IMG/VR virus record: IMGVR_UViG_3300034161_000018
Location: 96,001 to 160,000 of that record
Source of the DNA: a virus
Taxonomy: Duplodnaviria > Caudoviricetes
Strand: one strand, 5' to 3'
Length of the DNA stretch: 64,000 nt
The notes beneath the pieces were generated by a model, which was not told where the DNA came from, ran no database searches, and was given only the letters and a program-made list of their open reading frames with translations. This document shows positions 1 to 9,409 of the stretch, piece by piece. A program made the translations under genes and the position numbers. Each line of letters starts with the position of its first letter. Within the stretch, counting starts at the first letter, position 1.

Positions 1-802
1 TGCCGTCGTCCATGCTCACGTTTGCACGCAAAACATGATTCGTCAAACCGTCAACAATCGTGGTCGGGCCGATTACAGTCAGAGCCGTAGGCAGCGGGCC
101 TTCGTAACCGATTTCCGCATCTGGCTTTTTCCATTCGCCGGTAACGCTCAGGCCGTCGCTGGAAATTGCTTTGATTACGAAAATGTCACCTTTGTTTGGC
201 GCGTCGGCGCTAACGTAAGTAACAACCGGTTCAAAAACTGCATTACCGTCGCCGTCTTCACCTTCGATTGTGCCGGAAGCAATCATGGTTGTAACTTGTT
301 CACCATGATCGTGCGGCAGCGCGGTGCGGTCGTCCGACATTCGCGGATCGGTATCGGAAACAGCAGCAGGTGGAATCGGATCGGCACTGTCATTGGTCAA
401 ACGGAAAACGCCCAAATCAACTTTGGTCGCTGGCAGCATTCCGAAATCTTCTACTTCGCCGAGAATCGGGTCAGCAGCTTTTTTGTAATACTGCAATTCG
501 GTGAAGATTTCTTCGACGGTGGACAGAACCGACCACGAATAGCGGTAATGCGAATCGTCGTAGTTTTCTGCATCGACACGGCGTTGCAGAGTTTTGTAAT
601 CTTTGTGATTTGGATCATTGTTGATCCAGCACACGTTGAATGGGACGGTCACAGCGTCCGGCTCGAAACGCGAAACGAGGATCGAATACTTGTTACGGTA
701 TTCGTCCTCGATCACAATCTCGACCGGGTTGATCGAATCAAGGCCGCGATAATCCTGAGAAATCGCAATCTTTTCTTCGATGAAATCGGTCAGAGTTTGC
801 AT
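1..802 (-). CDS. Virion/tail-associated protein, 5' part only (runs off the window); paralog of 807-1451, followed by an Ig-like segment
   Basis: Absent from the ORF track. My translation from ATG 802 is open to position 2: MQTLTDFIEEKIAISQDYRGLDSINPVEI...VPFNVCWINNDPNHKDYKTLQRR...DPRMSDDRTALPHDH...PTALTVIGPTTIVDGLTNHVLRANVSMDDG. Confidence 0.8.
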   Translation of the reverse strand, partial: MQTLTDFIEEKIAISQDYRGLDSINPVEIVIEDEYRNKYSILVSRFEPDAVTVPFNVCWINNDPNHKDYKTLQRRVDAENYDDSHYRYSWSVLSTVEEIFTELQYYKKAADPILGEVEDFGMLPATKVDLGVFRLTNDSADPIPPAAVSDTDPRMSDDRTALPHDHGEQVTTMIASGTIEGEDGDGNAVFEPVVTYVSADAPNKGDIFVIKAISSDGLSVTGEWKKPDAEIGYEGPLPTALTVIGPTTIVDGLTNHVLRANVSMDDG

Positions 803-806
803 TAGA

Positions 807-1451
807 TCACCGTTGAATGTCCGAGGAAGTCAGTTTGCGCCACGTAGCCGAAGTTGGGCTATCAGCAACCAGAGTGGCGCCAACAACTGGAACAACACTT
901 TGGTTAATGGACACAACACCGGTTTTGGTTTTGATTTTCGTCGCCGGAACTTCCGGGTGAGTGTGCGGTTTCGGAGTACGCGCATCGCTCAAACGTGGAT
1001 CGCCTTCGCCCACAACAACTGGATCGCTGGCGTTTTCCGGAGTGAAAGACAAACGCGCAATACCTTGAACGGAAGTCGTCGCAGCCGGAACTGGTTCGTT
1101 TTCGTTCAACAGCGCGGTGTCTTCGGCGTCGTAAACCTGATCGACAAAAACTTGGTCGATGGTGTCGATCAATTCCCACTGGTGAACGAAACCGGAGTTT
1201 GCCACAGTGGTTTTCGATTTACGGCGCAGTGCCATTTTGTAATACGGCGACAGCGGGTCGAAAACGAACCACGTCACATTGAGCGGCAGAATCAAAGTGC
1301 TCGGTTCGCGCACGGCACAAACGATTGCGGTCACTTTGCGAATCGTAGGATTCGACAAGCGGTGAACGATTGGGTTCGTTTCGTCCATGTTGCGAATATC
1401 GGAAGCAACTTCCAGACTGCCAATGAGGTTTTGCAATTTCAGATCGGACAT
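807..1451 (-). CDS. Virion structural protein (tail-associated), 214 aa
   Basis: Directly downstream of the tail sheath gene. The DPRLSDARTPKPHTH motif is typical of tail-fibre-type proteins. Confidence 0.7.
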   Translation of the reverse strand: MSDLKLQNLIGSLEVASDIRNMDETNPIVHRLSNPTIRKVTAIVCAVREPSTLILPLNVTWFVFDPLSPYYKMALRRKSKTTVANSGFVHQWELIDTIDQVFVDQVYDAEDTALLNENEPVPAATTSVQGIARLSFTPENASDPVVVGEGDPRLSDARTPKPHTHPEVPATKIKTKTGVVSINQSVVPVVGATLVADSPTSATWRKLTSSDIQR

Positions 1452-1457
1452 TTGGAA

Positions 1458-3098
1458 TTAAGCCTCGGTGAAGGACACGGCGCCGGTCGGTTGCACGTTG
1501 GCTCCGAGGTGGGCACGCTTGGCCGGGATTTCAGGGTCGATAATCAAATCGAGTTTAATGTCGTTGTTGGCAATGCTCGCCGGTTTGTTGTTGCGTTCGT
1601 CGCAGATCGTAACCCACTCGTAAACGCCACGGCCCGATTTGATTGGGCGCATGAAATCGTCGCAAATGTTTTTCAATTTGAGACGTTCAAAACCGTCGTT
1701 CGGGTTGAACACCGATGGAACGGTTGCCGCTTCGATACTGGTTTTGATGAAGTTCACCAAACGGCGGACGTTCAAGTTGCTGAAACCGGAATCGAAAGTT
1801 TGCATCGTGCTTTGGCCCATGATTACAAAACCACGGCCCGGAATGTTTCGGATGATGTTTACTTGCGCAGCATCCAGAGCATCACGCGCACCTTGGTTGT
1901 AACGTTGGCGCAGCGAACGCACGTTTACTTGACCGCGATTCAAACCGGCTGGCGCGAACCAAACAGCGCGATTGGTATCGGTGTAGGCACAGGCCGCACC
2001 GACGAACGCACTTGGCGGAATGAAAATGTTTTTGTTGGAATCGGTATCCAGCACTTCCACGAACGGCGCGTAAATTGCGGAATAACTGGAGTTCAGGTTC
2101 AGCGTGTTGCGACGATAATTAACCGCCCGCGAAACTTGAGCCATGTCATCCGGCAAGTCCAGAAGTGCAACACAGTCCCCACGCATTTTCGCGATGGAAT
2201 CCATTTTCTTCTGGTAAGCGGTTGTGGTGTAACCGGAGTTGATAAGCAGGTTGACGAGGATTTGTTCTTTGTCCTCGTACAAGTCCCACGCGTTAATCAG
2301 ATCAACTTGTTTCGGACGATCACCGTCCGCACCGCCGTCCAATTGTTCAAACGCCGCTTTACCGACGCGCACTGGTTTGCAGAGCGAGTTGTTTTTCACG
2401 CGAATGTACGCGGAACGCAGGTTGATTACGTCTTCGACAAACAGTTGTTGATTGTTGCCGTCGATTTCATTTTTCCGCGAACACAGGAACGATTCGACCG
2501 GAGTGTTTCCGGTGCCAGTGTAGTCAATGAAAACATCGACCACGAATTGGAACGGATCGGAATGTTCGCCGACTTCGGTGCCAGCCGTATTCGATGGACG
2601 AACCTGAATCGAAAGACGGTTGTTCCATTTGCCGGGGTTGGCTGCGCAGAAATACAACATTGCGTTTTCTACGCCGATGGTGCCATTCACAAACCCGAGA
2701 GTTTTGAGCGGATCGCCCAAGACGCCCAAAGGCTGATTGGTGCCATCGTCGAAATTCACCAGTTTGATAACTGGATATTCGGCGTTCATATCGTCAACCG
2801 AAAGATACGCGCCAGCGGTGCGGGCGGTGGCCGGGTCAACAACACGAGTGTAGAAAAGTCGTTTGGATTGTGCGAGGAAGATTTCGGCGGAATACAAACC
2901 GAAACCGTATTTCTTCGCGTTTTTGATACCGAATTTTTCGCGAACATCAGCGCGGTCGGTAACGAGGGTCGGAACACCAACCGGCCCCATTGGAGCTTCA
3001 CCGACGATTACGCCGATGGATGTTGCAGCCGCCGTTGCGCGGATCGACAAATCCTGCTCGGCGCTGTAAGTACCAGCACTGGTATTTGGGAAAGCCAT
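1458..3098 (-). CDS. Tail sheath protein, 546 aa
   Basis: N-terminal SAGTYSAEQDLS...IVGEAPMGPVGVPTLVT. C-terminal sheath motifs WFAPAGLNRG, LNVRRLVNFI, WVTICDERNN. Confidence 0.95.
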   Translation of the reverse strand: MAFPNTSAGTYSAEQDLSIRATAAATSIGVIVGEAPMGPVGVPTLVTDRADVREKFGIKNAKKYGFGLYSAEIFLAQSKRLFYTRVVDPATARTAGAYLSVDDMNAEYPVIKLVNFDDGTNQPLGVLGDPLKTLGFVNGTIGVENAMLYFCAANPGKWNNRLSIQVRPSNTAGTEVGEHSDPFQFVVDVFIDYTGTGNTPVESFLCSRKNEIDGNNQQLFVEDVINLRSAYIRVKNNSLCKPVRVGKAAFEQLDGGADGDRPKQVDLINAWDLYEDKEQILVNLLINSGYTTTAYQKKMDSIAKMRGDCVALLDLPDDMAQVSRAVNYRRNTLNLNSSYSAIYAPFVEVLDTDSNKNIFIPPSAFVGAACAYTDTNRAVWFAPAGLNRGQVNVRSLRQRYNQGARDALDAAQVNIIRNIPGRGFVIMGQSTMQTFDSGFSNLNVRRLVNFIKTSIEAATVPSVFNPNDGFERLKLKNICDDFMRPIKSGRGVYEWVTICDERNNKPASIANNDIKLDLIIDPEIPAKRAHLGANVQPTGAVSFTEA

Positions 3099-3204
3099 GA
3101 AAACACCCTTTATATGGTTGGTATGGCGGGGACATATAGAAGGCTTTAACCCTCCACAGTCTTAAATTAAACCATTCCAACCAAAAAGATTGTTTTCGGA
3201 AACC

Positions 3205-3231
3205 AAAAAAGAAAAGGGCCAATTAAGGCCC
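3205..3231 (-). terminator. Rho-independent terminator
   Basis: Minus strand: GGGCC-TTAATT-GGCCC followed by TTTTCTTTTTT, just after the stop at 3248. Confidence 0.8.
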
Positions 3232-3247
3232 GATTCTTGTGTTACGT

Positions 3248-4297
3248 TTATGTATTTACAACGGTTTCGCCGGGAGTGGTAAGAGTGATTGAACCACTTC
3301 CTTCAAGTTTCATTCCAGTCGCAACGGTTTTCGATTTCGCTTTACTCTTTTTCGGTAACTCGATTTCCATATCTTGTGCAGAGATAAAAACTGGAGCCGG
3401 TGCTTGTGACCCGCATTCACCGGAACTATAAACAGAACCGACGCAAACATCCGGACGGATATTCGAGAGGAACAGTTTTTTCGCAATGTCGTCGTGAATA
3501 CAAAGAGTGCGACGACCGGCACCGGATGCCTCAAGTGCTTCAAATTTGTAAAGCATGGTGTAGATTTGTTCGGCGCTTAACGAAATGAATTCACGCCCAA
3601 AACGAATCGGGTGTCCCGCTGGACTAACGCGGTAATGTTCCCGGCCCGGAACCAAAAGTTCGGAAACGACTTTGCCCAAATCCATTTGGATTGGTGGAGC
3701 GATTCGGAATTCCGGATCAGCATCTTTGTAATCCGCTTCGTCACCATAACCGAGATACTCCGAAGCGGGCATTGCACTGCCTGCCAAAAGGCCAACCATG
3801 TATTTCGGTTCGTCACCGTCAATGTGCCATTTGTATTTGCAGTTTTGCCGGTTCTTCCAACGCTCAAACATGGCGCCAAAGAACGCAGCTTCAATTGAGC
3901 GGTTTGCAAACAGAATCTGCAAATCCTTATAATCGCCATCGGCTGTGGTGCCGAGGTTTGCGGTTTCGAGAACTTCAAACAAATCAACAAAACTTGTAAT
4001 AAACGAATTCCCGACGTATTGCAATTCCGGCAGCATCACAATGTAACCGGAAAAACCGTGACCGCGCAGTGAGCTTGGTTTTGAATCGACACCGACGCAG
4101 CGGACGGTGTTTGTATTTTTCGCTTTCAGAATGTTTGCCACGTATGCAGACGCGCTCGCTTCGGTTGTACCGACTACGACGACGTTTGTGCATGATGCGA
4201 TTTTTGCGTTTTCAGGTCGGGTGAATCCGAGCAATAACGATTTAACCGTTACGTCGAAATTGAATGCCGAATTGAAATACTGGTGATTGATACTCAT
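3248..4297 (-). CDS. Hypothetical protein, 349 aa
   Basis: Long ORF with an SD (GAAGG) and flanking terminators. No confident motif. Confidence 0.8.
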   Translation of the reverse strand: MSINHQYFNSAFNFDVTVKSLLLGFTRPENAKIASCTNVVVVGTTEASASAYVANILKAKNTNTVRCVGVDSKPSSLRGHGFSGYIVMLPELQYVGNSFITSFVDLFEVLETANLGTTADGDYKDLQILFANRSIEAAFFGAMFERWKNRQNCKYKWHIDGDEPKYMVGLLAGSAMPASEYLGYGDEADYKDADPEFRIAPPIQMDLGKVVSELLVPGREHYRVSPAGHPIRFGREFISLSAEQIYTMLYKFEALEASGAGRRTLCIHDDIAKKLFLSNIRPDVCVGSVYSSGECGSQAPAPVFISAQDMEIELPKKSKAKSKTVATGMKLEGSGSITLTTPGETVVNT

Positions 4298-4327
4298 TTA
4301 ATTTCCTTCGGGCCTATCACCCAATAG

Positions 4328-4359
4328 AGAAAGAGAGGGGAGGCGATTGCCTCTCCCTC
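4328..4359 (-). terminator. Probable terminator after the RNR gene
   Basis: GAGGGAGAGGC-AATC-GCCTCCCCTC (one bulge) followed by TCTTTCTCT. Confidence 0.55.
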
Positions 4360-4387
4360 AATGTTTGAGCGGAATGCTCAAATGGTG

Positions 4388-6400
4388 TTACGCGACTTCG
4401 CAGGCATTGCCCGCACAGGCCGCTTGATCCGCCAGTTTCGTGTTGTCTTCTGTTTCGATAACACGCGACAAATCAATTTCGTGAAGCGTTGCAGCACGAC
4501 GGTTGAATTCTTCTTCCGTAATGTCTTCAAACGGCGCCTGAATGTAAGTGCCGCCGTTGTACGGCAGAACCGAAATGCCGTTGAAATCGTTGCGGTTATC
4601 CCACATCCAATTCCCGACCATTTCCCATTCGTCATCTTTGACGCTGATTGTGCAGGAAACGTTGTGGGTGTTTTGCCCATTAACGTGACCGGCGCGAACC
4701 CAGTTCAGGTTGAAGTCAGCAACGCGATTCAGCAAATCCATTGGCGATTCGTGGCGCAGAATCGAACCTTCTGGAGCGCGTTGTGGAACTTCGATTACCG
4801 CCTGATTGACCGGGTTGAAATATTCGTCAACCACCAGTTCCGGATGATTCTCGGCAAGGTAGCGATAAATGGTTTCGTTTTTGCCAACACGAATTCGACG
4901 AATGTAGAAATCGTTGTGCCACGCGTGAATGCCCGAACCAGAACCGAGAACCAGCGAGGAAGTGCCAGCCGGTTTGATTGTGGTTGTACGCGCTGCAAAG
5001 TTGACGCCGATGATTTGAGCAACGCGGCGGTTTTCTTTCAGCACTTCGTTTGCAGCTTCGCGTTTGTTGAACGGAAGAACTGCGCCCGAACCGATACCAG
5101 TCAGGCCGGTGCCGATCAGTGCATCTTTTTCGGTATTCTCACGCCAGATTGGGCGCAGGTAATGGAAATCGGTGTAACCGGCTTGCAACGTGCCGATGAA
5201 TGCAGCCGCCCGCGAACGAGCGTTGTATTCTTCTTGCGTGAAAATGTCGTTGCCGTTGATTTCGGTCAGGTTGCAGAACTGGTTTGGACGCAACGCGATT
5301 TCGCAACATGGGTTCGTGCCCCAATCTTTGTCGTTGCTGAAATACACGCCGGGTTCGCCTGAACCGGAATTGACAATCTTTTCCCACAACGAATCCCAGT
5401 GATCGCGTTTTACAACGTGACGCAGAATCACGGCGCTGTTGTTGGCGCGACCGCGTTGTGGTTCAAACATATACCACGGCAGTTTGCCAGTTTGCTGTTG
5501 TTCGTCGATTGCCGATTGGTGCAATTGCATTTCGTGCTTGGAGTTTTTCCATTTGGTCAGCACGGTGCATTGGAACATATCGTTGCCCATCGGTGTTGCT
5601 TCTTCGATGGTGCAACTGAAATTGCCTTTTGCTTTCAGCATCGACTTGTCGTCCATCGAGAACAAACAAATCAGGGCAGCACGACGAATACCACCAGCCA
5701 GAACGGCGTCGGCGATATGGCACATCATGTCGTGAACTTCCAACGGTTCCAAACGAGTGCCGCGACCACGCGCTTCGATTGCTTTATCGAAAATGCGCGT
5801 CAGATTGAAAATACAAGTTTTCAGCGGGCCAGCGCCGGGAGCTTTACCGCCAGAAGTAACCAGCGGCGCACCTTTCGGGCGAATGTCGGAAAAGTCGAAA
5901 GTCGGCATATGCTTGCCGTAGAAATACGCTTCGACCAAAACTTTAACCGCGTCGGCCCAACCTTCGATGTTGTCACCAACGAGGTGACGTTGCGACATTG
6001 AAAGCGCGCCTTGAATTGCAGGCAGTTGCGAAACGTGGTGGCGTTGAACCGAATAACCCATGCCGGTGCCGCCGAGCAAAAGGAACATCGTTTCGGAGAA
6101 AACAGCCGGGTGATCGCACGGCGCAAACGCGCAGTTGAAAATCCGGTTTGGAGCCAGTTCGATTGGGCGACCGCCGAACTGCATGGAACGCATGGAAGGC
6201 AGAACTTTTTTGGTGAAGACGTATTGCTTGTAAACGTCTTGAATTTCTTTGCGCAGTTGTGGGTATTTGCGAATGTGCATCGCCATGTTACGTTCGCAGA
6301 TTTCTTCCCACGTTTCGCGCCGTCCGATTTCCGGAATGAACTTCGCGTATTTCATGTACGTGGTCAGTGCAGAAAGAATCTGTACGGAGTTATCAGTCAT
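4388..6400 (-). CDS. nrdJ: Class II (adenosylcobalamin-dependent) ribonucleotide reductase, monomeric type
   Basis: GRRETW, VLPSMRS, IFNCAF, GGIRRAALI, TNPCCEI (radical Cys), FCNLTE, TTIKPAGT and the C-terminal redox pair ACAGNACEV. Likely start is MTDNSV at 6400. Confidence 0.93.
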   Translation of the reverse strand: MTDNSVQILSALTTYMKYAKFIPEIGRRETWEEICERNMAMHIRKYPQLRKEIQDVYKQYVFTKKVLPSMRSMQFGGRPIELAPNRIFNCAFAPCDHPAVFSETMFLLLGGTGMGYSVQRHHVSQLPAIQGALSMSQRHLVGDNIEGWADAVKVLVEAYFYGKHMPTFDFSDIRPKGAPLVTSGGKAPGAGPLKTCIFNLTRIFDKAIEARGRGTRLEPLEVHDMMCHIADAVLAGGIRRAALICLFSMDDKSMLKAKGNFSCTIEEATPMGNDMFQCTVLTKWKNSKHEMQLHQSAIDEQQQTGKLPWYMFEPQRGRANNSAVILRHVVKRDHWDSLWEKIVNSGSGEPGVYFSNDKDWGTNPCCEIALRPNQFCNLTEINGNDIFTQEEYNARSRAAAFIGTLQAGYTDFHYLRPIWRENTEKDALIGTGLTGIGSGAVLPFNKREAANEVLKENRRVAQIIGVNFAARTTTIKPAGTSSLVLGSGSGIHAWHNDFYIRRIRVGKNETIYRYLAENHPELVVDEYFNPVNQAVIEVPQRAPEGSILRHESPMDLLNRVADFNLNWVRAGHVNGQNTHNVSCTISVKDDEWEMVGNWMWDNRNDFNGISVLPYNGGTYIQAPFEDITEEEFNRRAATLHEIDLSRVIETEDNTKLADQAACAGNACEVA

Positions 6401-6466
6401 TTGTTGGTTACTGCCTTGTGTATGCGGGCGACTTAAAAGCATCGGGACAGACCCGCATTGATTTGG

Positions 6467-7054
6467 TTAAAGGGTTGGATGTTTCGGTGTTTGTGCTTCT
6501 GCAAATCGAACGTCTTTCGCCGGAATCAAAACTGGTGCTCCGGTAAACCATTCCGAGTTTTCGCCGCAACGCCCACAATGCCACGTTCCGAAAGGCTGGC
6601 CTTCGTACTGGGGATCGAGGGACGGAATGTGCCACGTTGATTCGCTTTTATTCAGCATCGAACTGCCAACTTCGGAATTCCAAGTATGGCAATGCGGACA
6701 CATGATTTCGCATGCGTGCCGTCCGGGTGCGCCCATCATTCCGCAGGCACCTTGATAACCGGGTGGGCCACGGAACTTGTTGGCGAAGTTTTGTTTCTTG
6801 CGGCGCCACCATTCTTTCAGGCGAACGCGCCACGGTTGTTTCGGGCAAAACATATCGAGGAATGCGCGGTCAGAAAGCATTGACCATTCTTCGATTTCCC
6901 AAGAGTCCCAATCGGATTCAATCGCTTTCCGATGAATCGCCATCAGGTTCGCTGCGAGTTCCTGCCGCGATTTCTTCCGTTCCGCTTTCTTCGCTTTCCG
7001 CTCGCCGTGTTTCGAGAGCCATTCCACCAGTGTCGTCACTTTCTGTTTCTCCAC
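6467..7054 (-). CDS. Zinc-ribbon protein (start may be ATG 6943)
   Basis: CPHC...CGRC pair in the C-terminal half and a short G-X-Y run (GPPGYQGACGMMGAPG). Confidence 0.65.
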   Translation of the reverse strand: MEKQKVTTLVEWLSKHGERKAKKAERKKSRQELAANLMAIHRKAIESDWDSWEIEEWSMLSDRAFLDMFCPKQPWRVRLKEWWRRKKQNFANKFRGPPGYQGACGMMGAPGRHACEIMCPHCHTWNSEVGSSMLNKSESTWHIPSLDPQYEGQPFGTWHCGRCGENSEWFTGAPVLIPAKDVRFAEAQTPKHPTL

Positions 7055-7799
7055 GTTCTTTTAAAATCGAATTGAGGAAGTCTTCGCCGCTTTCTTCGCG
7101 TCGGGCCGCTTCTTCGGCAGCCATTTCGGCACGCATGGCATCGAGGTCACGTTTCTTTTTCCGTTCTGCACGGACGTGATTGATGTAATCCATGAACAGC
7201 ATGCGGGCCAGCGGAATCTTGCCGTCGCAATACGCGTTTGCGGCTGGAACAAACTTGAGCGACAGAATATGCCGAATCTGTTTGTTCAACCATTCGTATT
7301 CGACTTCGACAACTTCGTACAATTCTTCGGGAACGTGGCGAGACTCACCGCGCAGAATGCGAACATGAATGTACGCATAAACCAAACCGGCGTGGTTGTT
7401 GTCTTCCAGATCGTGAAGGGAATGGTGAAAAACGTCGAGCAGTTCTGCTTTTGTCTTTGCAGAAAACCGCATGATCTTATCCGGGTGGGTAAGCTGTGCG
7501 ATTTTCTTCGCGTACATTTTGCAGGTTGCAATCGTGGCAGCGTCAACGGTTTCTTGAGCGCGTTTCAGGTTGAGCAAATCTTCCGGCATGAGTTTGACCA
7601 GCGCTTTACTGCCGCTGCGCATTACCGGATCAACTTGTTTCTGATTCTCCGCGAGAATTTCTTCCTCGGTCATTCCCTCTTTCGGGTTCCAACCAGTGAG
7701 GCGGCAGAGAATTGCAAAGCAACGCTCCACCATATCGCGCATCTTTTTCAAATCGGCGCGTGCTGTTGTGACGCGGGCGATTACGTTGTCTTCTGCCAT
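6918..7799 (-). CDS. J-domain (DnaJ-like) protein, 293 aa
   Basis: KMYAKKIAQLTHPDK: basic helix II followed by the HPD motif (7479-7487). No zinc finger or substrate-binding domain is recognisable. Confidence 0.75.
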   Translation of the reverse strand: MAEDNVIARVTTARADLKKMRDMVERCFAILCRLTGWNPKEGMTEEEILAENQKQVDPVMRSGSKALVKLMPEDLLNLKRAQETVDAATIATCKMYAKKIAQLTHPDKIMRFSAKTKAELLDVFHHSLHDLEDNNHAGLVYAYIHVRILRGESRHVPEELYEVVEVEYEWLNKQIRHILSLKFVPAANAYCDGKIPLARMLFMDYINHVRAERKKKRDLDAMRAEMAAEEAARREESGEDFLNSILKERGETESDDTGGMALETRRAESEESGTEEIAAGTRSEPDGDSSESD

Positions 7800-7803
7800 T
7801 TAC

Positions 7804-8349
7804 TTAATGTCCTATGATTGCAAAACCTGTTGGGATGAAACGTTCATCCTCTGGCAAGTGAGAGTCGGTGAAATGTTCCACGCCCTTGACCGTGCAGAAC
7901 CAGCCGGAAGAATTTGGAAACACGGTTTCAAACTGCACAGTTGAAAACACTTTGGTGAATTTGAAACGGCGCACGACCTGATCGAGTTTATCGACCGGCA
8001 CCAAATGCGGCGCTTCCATGTTTACCAAAGTATCCAATGGCGAATCGAAACCATACACGTCGGTGATTTCCATCGACACCGCTTCGGAGAAGAAAGTGTC
8101 TTCCGCTCCGACTGGAACCATGTTGTTATTGAATTTGGATTGTACGTCTTCGACTTCGATTTCCAGCGCTTGCAAAACGGTGCGCAGGTTTTCAAAACGA
8201 GTTGGTGCCTCGGCCAAGCTAATCAACGGGAGTTCCCGTTCAAACACTGGGCGCGGGCCGACCGAGCCTTGCACAAGCCATTTCCGCAGCTTCAAAATAA
8301 AGATGCGAAAACACATGGTATCCAGAACCAGATTTTCACGTTTCATCAT
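7804..8349 (-). CDS. Hypothetical protein, 181 aa
   Basis: ATGA overlap with the upstream gene; fills the operon gap. Confidence 0.7.
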   Translation of the reverse strand: MMKRENLVLDTMCFRIFILKLRKWLVQGSVGPRPVFERELPLISLAEAPTRFENLRTVLQALEIEVEDVQSKFNNNMVPVGAEDTFFSEAVSMEITDVYGFDSPLDTLVNMEAPHLVPVDKLDQVVRRFKFTKVFSTVQFETVFPNSSGWFCTVKGVEHFTDSHLPEDERFIPTGFAIIGH

Positions 8350-8744
8350 TTAATTCCTTTGACGATTGCGTAAGTGCGAACAGCGGCATACATGAGTTTG
8401 CGTTTGAACGGCGGCACCGAGAGAACTTCCATAGCCTCAAGGAAAATCGCGTCACACTCGGCGCGAGTTACGGAAACTTTGTTCCCGTTTTCGTCCAAAT
8501 AGAAACGATAGGTGCAAAGAAAATCATGGATAACCGCTGCTTTGCCGTATTTGCCCCACGGTGGCAGGACGCCCCACAAAATGCGCGGGATGCTTGCGAA
8601 GTCAGTACGGAAACCAGCCGGGCACGAAACCCGTTTTCCAGAACCTTTGGCGCCGAGTTCGTAATCGAATTCTTCTAGCAATTCCCAAAGGTTGTCTTCG
8701 TCGTCCACGGGCGTGACGCGAAGCGGTGTTGTGAAACTCGACAT
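8346..8744 (-). CDS. DUF1353-family protein
   Basis: PAGFRTDFASIPR...GKYGKAAVIHDFL signature. Confidence 0.88.
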   Translation of the reverse strand: MSSFTTPLRVTPVDDEDNLWELLEEFDYELGAKGSGKRVSCPAGFRTDFASIPRILWGVLPPWGKYGKAAVIHDFLCTYRFYLDENGNKVSVTRAECDAIFLEAMEVLSVPPFKRKLMYAAVRTYAIVKGIK

Positions 8745-9409
8745 TAAATATCCAATAGGTCTACCTTCGCTGGGCCGTTCTTATCATTTAACAGAAACGC
8801 ATATCGAACTGGCATACGGAGTTTGTCCGCAAAGAACGAAACAGGGTCGCAACCATTGACCACAACAATTCGGGGTATGCTGTGATAAATCTCTAGCAGG
8901 TCGCGCACCTTTTCAATTTTGACGTTGGTTGAATCAGGGCCAACGTTTGTGATTACCAGCATTGCGTAATTCGGGCGGTCGCCTTTGTCGTCGCGCAACT
9001 GATCGTAAAACCCGCCGTGAACAACGTGCCATTTCGGCATTGTCTTTCCACGGTGCGAGCCTTCTGCCATTTGTGAGATTGCCGCGTCCATAATCGAAAG
9101 CGCCAAAAACTTTGCCCGCGTGTCAGAAGGCATCGAGCCAATCGCAATGATCGGCGAGCCGTGTAAAGGGTTGCTCAGGAGGCGAGTCAGATTCTGCGCT
9201 TGACGTTTGACACTGGTGCCGGGCAATTTAAAATCTTGCGGCAACCATTGCGGAACCATTGGGGAAATGGATTCCAGCGCGTGTTCAAGGTCAAACGGTT
9301 TTTTCAAAAGCGAGAATGGGTGCCCATCGACTCCACGCGCCTTGAGTGTCTTCACACGTTCGGACGGAATCTTGAAGTTGAGTTTTGGGATTTCCCAAGA
9401 TGCAGTCAT
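8744..9409 (-). CDS. Degenerate DnaC/IstB-like AAA+ protein, 221 aa
   Basis: IIAIGSMPSDTRAKFLA sits at the Walker A position and MLVITNVG at the Walker B position, followed by EKVRDLLE...PRIVVVNG. Coupled to the helicase gene. Confidence 0.45.
   Translation of the reverse strand: MTASWEIPKLNFKIPSERVKTLKARGVDGHPFSLLKKPFDLEHALESISPMVPQWLPQDFKLPGTSVKRQAQNLTRLLSNPLHGSPIIAIGSMPSDTRAKFLALSIMDAAISQMAEGSHRGKTMPKWHVVHGGFYDQLRDDKGDRPNYAMLVITNVGPDSTNVKIEKVRDLLEIYHSIPRIVVVNGCDPVSFFADKLRMPVRYAFLLNDKNGPAKVDLLDI

Noticed and set aside
3248-4297. Terminase-ATPase-like fragment (SSLRGHGFSGYIV)
   Set aside because: A single short resemblance, with no Walker A or acidic Walker B.
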